From contig CM068771.1 of assembly GCA_035084275.1 (NCBI GenBank), positions 4,092,001 through 4,156,000 of the forward strand: a stretch of 64,000 nt of DNA. The letters are read 5' to 3'. The notes under the pieces are model-generated. The model was not told where the DNA came from, did no database searches, and saw nothing but the letters and a program-made list of their open reading frames with translations. Positions 60,877 to 64,000 of this stretch are shown in pieces; positions within the stretch are counted from its first letter, which is position 1, and each line of letters opens with the position of its first letter. Position numbers and translations under genes: made by a program. Origin of the DNA: Hydrolagus colliei. Its lineage: Eukaryota.

Positions 60877-62862
60877 GTAAGGAAACACGTTGAATCTGTT
60901 TGGTTTCTGCTGATGGTAAAGGGAGGACCTCTCCATTCTGGTTCGTGTCCATAGGAAAGTGTAAAAGTTCCAAATGACATTTGTGTCTATTTGCGGCCAG
61001 GGCTCACTATGTCTCCTCATCCTTCTTGATCTTCCCACGGCCACTAACATGGTTGACCACTTTATCCTTCTCCACTCCCTTTCCTCTCAGCTCCACGTTC
61101 GTGGCTCTGTCCTTTCCTGGTTCTGTTCTTACCTTTCCCATCGTCTCCACTTTGTTTCCACCAATGACTTCTCCTGTATCCCACGCTCCATCACATGTGA
61201 TGATATCCAGGGTTCTTTACCTGGTCCTACCCTTTTTAATATTTACATTCTCTCGCTTCCGGATGTGGGTGACAATCAACTCTGTCTCTCTGCCTATACC
61301 CCCAACTCCAGGAACAATGCTGTCCTGATAGATTGTCGGTCAGACAAGGCTTGGATGAGACCCAATTTCCTAACTATAAATGTACAAGACTAAGGCTCTC
61401 CATCACCATCCTTTCCTTCCATCAGCATCTCTGCACCCCGGGCACTGACGGCATCAATATTCGTGGATGTACTCTCCACCACCAATACATAAGAACTTAA
61501 GTATTAGGCGCAGGACTAGGCCATTTGGCCCCTCAAGCCTGCCCCGCCATTCAATAATACCATGGCTGATCTTCAAATCTAACTCCACCTATGCGCCTCA
61601 TTTCCATATCCCATAATCCCTTTGTCCAAAGAAATCTATCAATTTCAGTCTTGAATATGCTAAAGGATTGAACATCTACAGTTTTTTGGGTTAGAAAATT
61701 CCATAAATTCACTAGCCTCTGAGTGCAGAAGTTTTCCCTCAACTCATTGTGAAAAGGCTGACACCTATTCTTAAGACTATAACCCCAACCAGGATCACCA
61801 ACCAGGGGAAACAGTCTCCCACTGTCTACTCTGTCATGGCCCTTAATAATCTTATAGGTTTCTTTCATGTCACCTCTCATTCTTCAAATGCAAGGATTAT
61901 TATTATAGTTCAATTGCGGCTGCCAAAGGGAACTTCTACTTTATGTTAGTATGTCACTAACTTTCTGTTGATAGTTATTCTGAGACAATGTGACTGAAAA
62001 TCCTAACTATTGTCGATTGTTTGTTACTGAACAGAGAGATTCACAGTCAATGTTCCCAGTCACCCTGCCCTAGCCATTGCTGGTTCAGACGTTGTCCTGG
62101 ACTGTAAGTGTTCCACAAAGCTGCCATTAGAGGGTGTGGAGGTGAGATGGTTCAGGGTGAGATTCGACTCCCCTGTGCACTTATTTAAAGAGGGACATCA
62201 TCAACTGGATATACAGGATGAAGCCTATAGACACAGAACACAACTGTTTGAAGAGAAGTTTATCAATGGTGATGTGTCTCTCAGACTGGAAGATGTACGG
62301 GTGACAGATCATGGAGAGTACACATGTTTCGTCGAGTACGACGGATCGTATGAACAGGGAGTGATAGAGTTGAAAGTTATAGGTCAGTAATGTTTCCAAT
62401 TCATTTAATTACATGTAATCTGTGTGTGCAAGAATTCACTCATCTTTAATAAGTTCAAAGTACAATAATTTCTATGAACAAGAATGTCCGTTTATTCAGA
62501 ATGTTGTAGATGTGTTTTTGTTAAGTTACTGCACTGTAATGTCCCGGGTAAAATATTGTCTGATTCATGTCTCCTGTCTCTTCCAGGCCTTGGCAGTCAG
62601 CCTTGGATTCATGTTGATGGACAACACAATGGTGGTGTGATGCTATTGTGTGAATCCAGTGGATGGTTCCCAGCACCAGAGGTTCTGTGGTTTGATGATC
62701 AGGGAAACAAATTATCAACACTCAGTAACTGGACAGTCAAACAGGATTCTAAAGGTCTCTTCAGTGTTCAAAGCCAAATAGAAATAATCCATTCAACCAA
62801 CAAGATCAAGTGTCTGATTCATAATTCAGAAAATGAACAAGAAGGAAAACTCCAAATCTTGG
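60819..62862 (+). CDS. Butyrophilin-like (BTN/BTNL/MOG family) gene, 3'-partial; join(60819-60876,62035-62382,62587-62862)
   Basis: Leader MIWKRCIQVLWLVLPLSLA, BTN-type IgV (EVRWFR..PVHLFKEG..QDEAYRHRTQL..GDVSLRL..VRVTDHGEYTCF) and IgC (GLGSQPWI..GGVMLLCESSGWFPAPEVLW). No TM/B30.2 exon is seen before the window end. Confidence 0.88.
60975..61490 (+). mobile_element. Degraded L2 RT fragment in BTN-like intron 1
   Basis: GQGSLCLLILLDL..DHFILLHSLSSQL..SWFCSYLSHRLHFV. Confidence 0.8.
61490..61890 (-). mobile_element. CR1 LINE 3' end
   Basis: [43 protein letters not shown]. Confidence 0.88.
62035..62382 (+). CDS. BTN-like IgV exon
   Basis: tgaacag|..RFTV..LDCKC..YTCF..IELKVI G|gtcagt; 348 nt. 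Confidence 0.92.
62587..62862 (+). CDS. BTN-like IgC exon
   Basis: ttccag|GLGSQP..IKCLIHNS..KLQIL G|gttggt; 276 nt. Confidence 0.88.
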
Positions 62863-64000
62863 GTTGGTAAACACAGTAAATATTAATGTTGGTCTGAAAA
62901 ATATGATGTAGATTTATTATAATAACTCTTGCATTTGAAATAACACTTTTCACGTTTTCTATGCATCTCAAATTGCTTCACAGAATATACTGTAAAATAT
63001 ATTGGCTGTGTATACATGGGCGAAACGTGGCAGAAAGTTGCGCACAGCAGTGTCCCTCAAACAGCTGTGTATTAAAATAACCAATTATTATTGTGTCTTT
63101 TTGAGGGACTATTATTAGCTGTGCAGAGTAAGGAAACTTGCCCAAAGTTTCACCCCACCGGGAATCAAACTCACGTCTCGCGCTTGTCAGGGGAGTGCTC
63201 TAATCACTGAGCTACAGGACTCCATAAAGTATTGTACAGGACTTCACTTGATGTGTTGTACAACACATGAAGTGAATACATATCGGTCTGGATGATACGG
63301 TCTATCTAATTTCATCCTTTCAAAATATGAAACTCGTAAGAATTAGGAGCAGGAGTAGGCCACTCGGTCGCTCGAGCCTGCCCCACCATTCAATAAGATC
63401 ATGGCTGATCTATTCTAACTCCATCTACCCGCGTTATCCCCATATCCATTCATCATCTCCTTTATCTCTCTATTATCCCTCTCATCATCTTTAATAACAA
63501 CTATTTACATTTGTAAATTGCCTTTCACATCGAGACAACGTCCCAATGTGGAAGATGCTATAAAACGTCAAAGATTTGGTCATGAGCTGGGGGATAGGGT
63601 CAAGAAGGATGGAAGGCAGGTGGGTGGGAGTAGGTGGGTGACCGAATGTATGGTCAAAGTGGTGGGTGTTGAAGGTGAGAAGGGACAGCCCGAGGTGGAG
63701 GGACTGTGGATGGGGTTCCAAAAATACCTCCGTACTCCAGCCCACCCAACCTTCCTGTTAATTATTAAAGCTGTTTATTATGTTAGGAATGAATCAATAC
63801 TGAATGTCAACGTGACTGAAGCTCTCCTGATTAGCTCCAGTCAGCGCCTTCACATCTCAGGTACTGGCAGCATCAACAACAACAACAAATTACATTTATA
63901 GAGCGCCTTTCACGTCGGGAGGACGTCCCAAGGCGCTGAATGTACAACCTCCATGGTTGTACATTCCATATCAACAAACCAGTCAGGAACCTAGATGTCT

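Overview
Vertebrate genomic DNA, most likely a cartilaginous fish. This is inferred from the L2/CR1/Penelope/tRNA-SINE repertoire and protein divergence. The window contains several N gaps. It looks like an MHC class III-type segment with four spliced plus-strand genes, reconstructed by eye with phase-consistent GT-AG exons. (1) EGFL8, 3' six exons, 2161-8813; its 5' end is off-window. (2) RNF5, complete, 6 exons, 26878-42654, behind a CpG/CCAAT promoter. (3) An unnamed single-IgV transmembrane receptor of CEACAM-N/CD2/HEPACAM fold with ITIM+ITSM tail, 45429-58092. (4) A butyrophilin-like gene (leader, IgV, IgC exons, 60819-62862) running off the window end. Most intronic and intergenic DNA is L2 and CR1 LINE fragments, one very abundant tRNA-derived SINE, Penelope fragments, Tc1/pogo-type MITEs and simple or minisatellite repeats. 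The most interesting signals are the MHC-linked inhibitory-type Ig receptor, whose ITSM-coding unit is tandemly repeated inside a (CA)n microsatellite; the apparent absence of AGPAT1/AGER/PBX2/NOTCH4, with a candidate unknown minus-strand gene in the AGPAT1 slot; a perfect ISRE upstream of the BTN-like gene; and two local inverted duplications. Repeat boundaries are approximate. Family names come from recalled consensus sequences, not from database searches.
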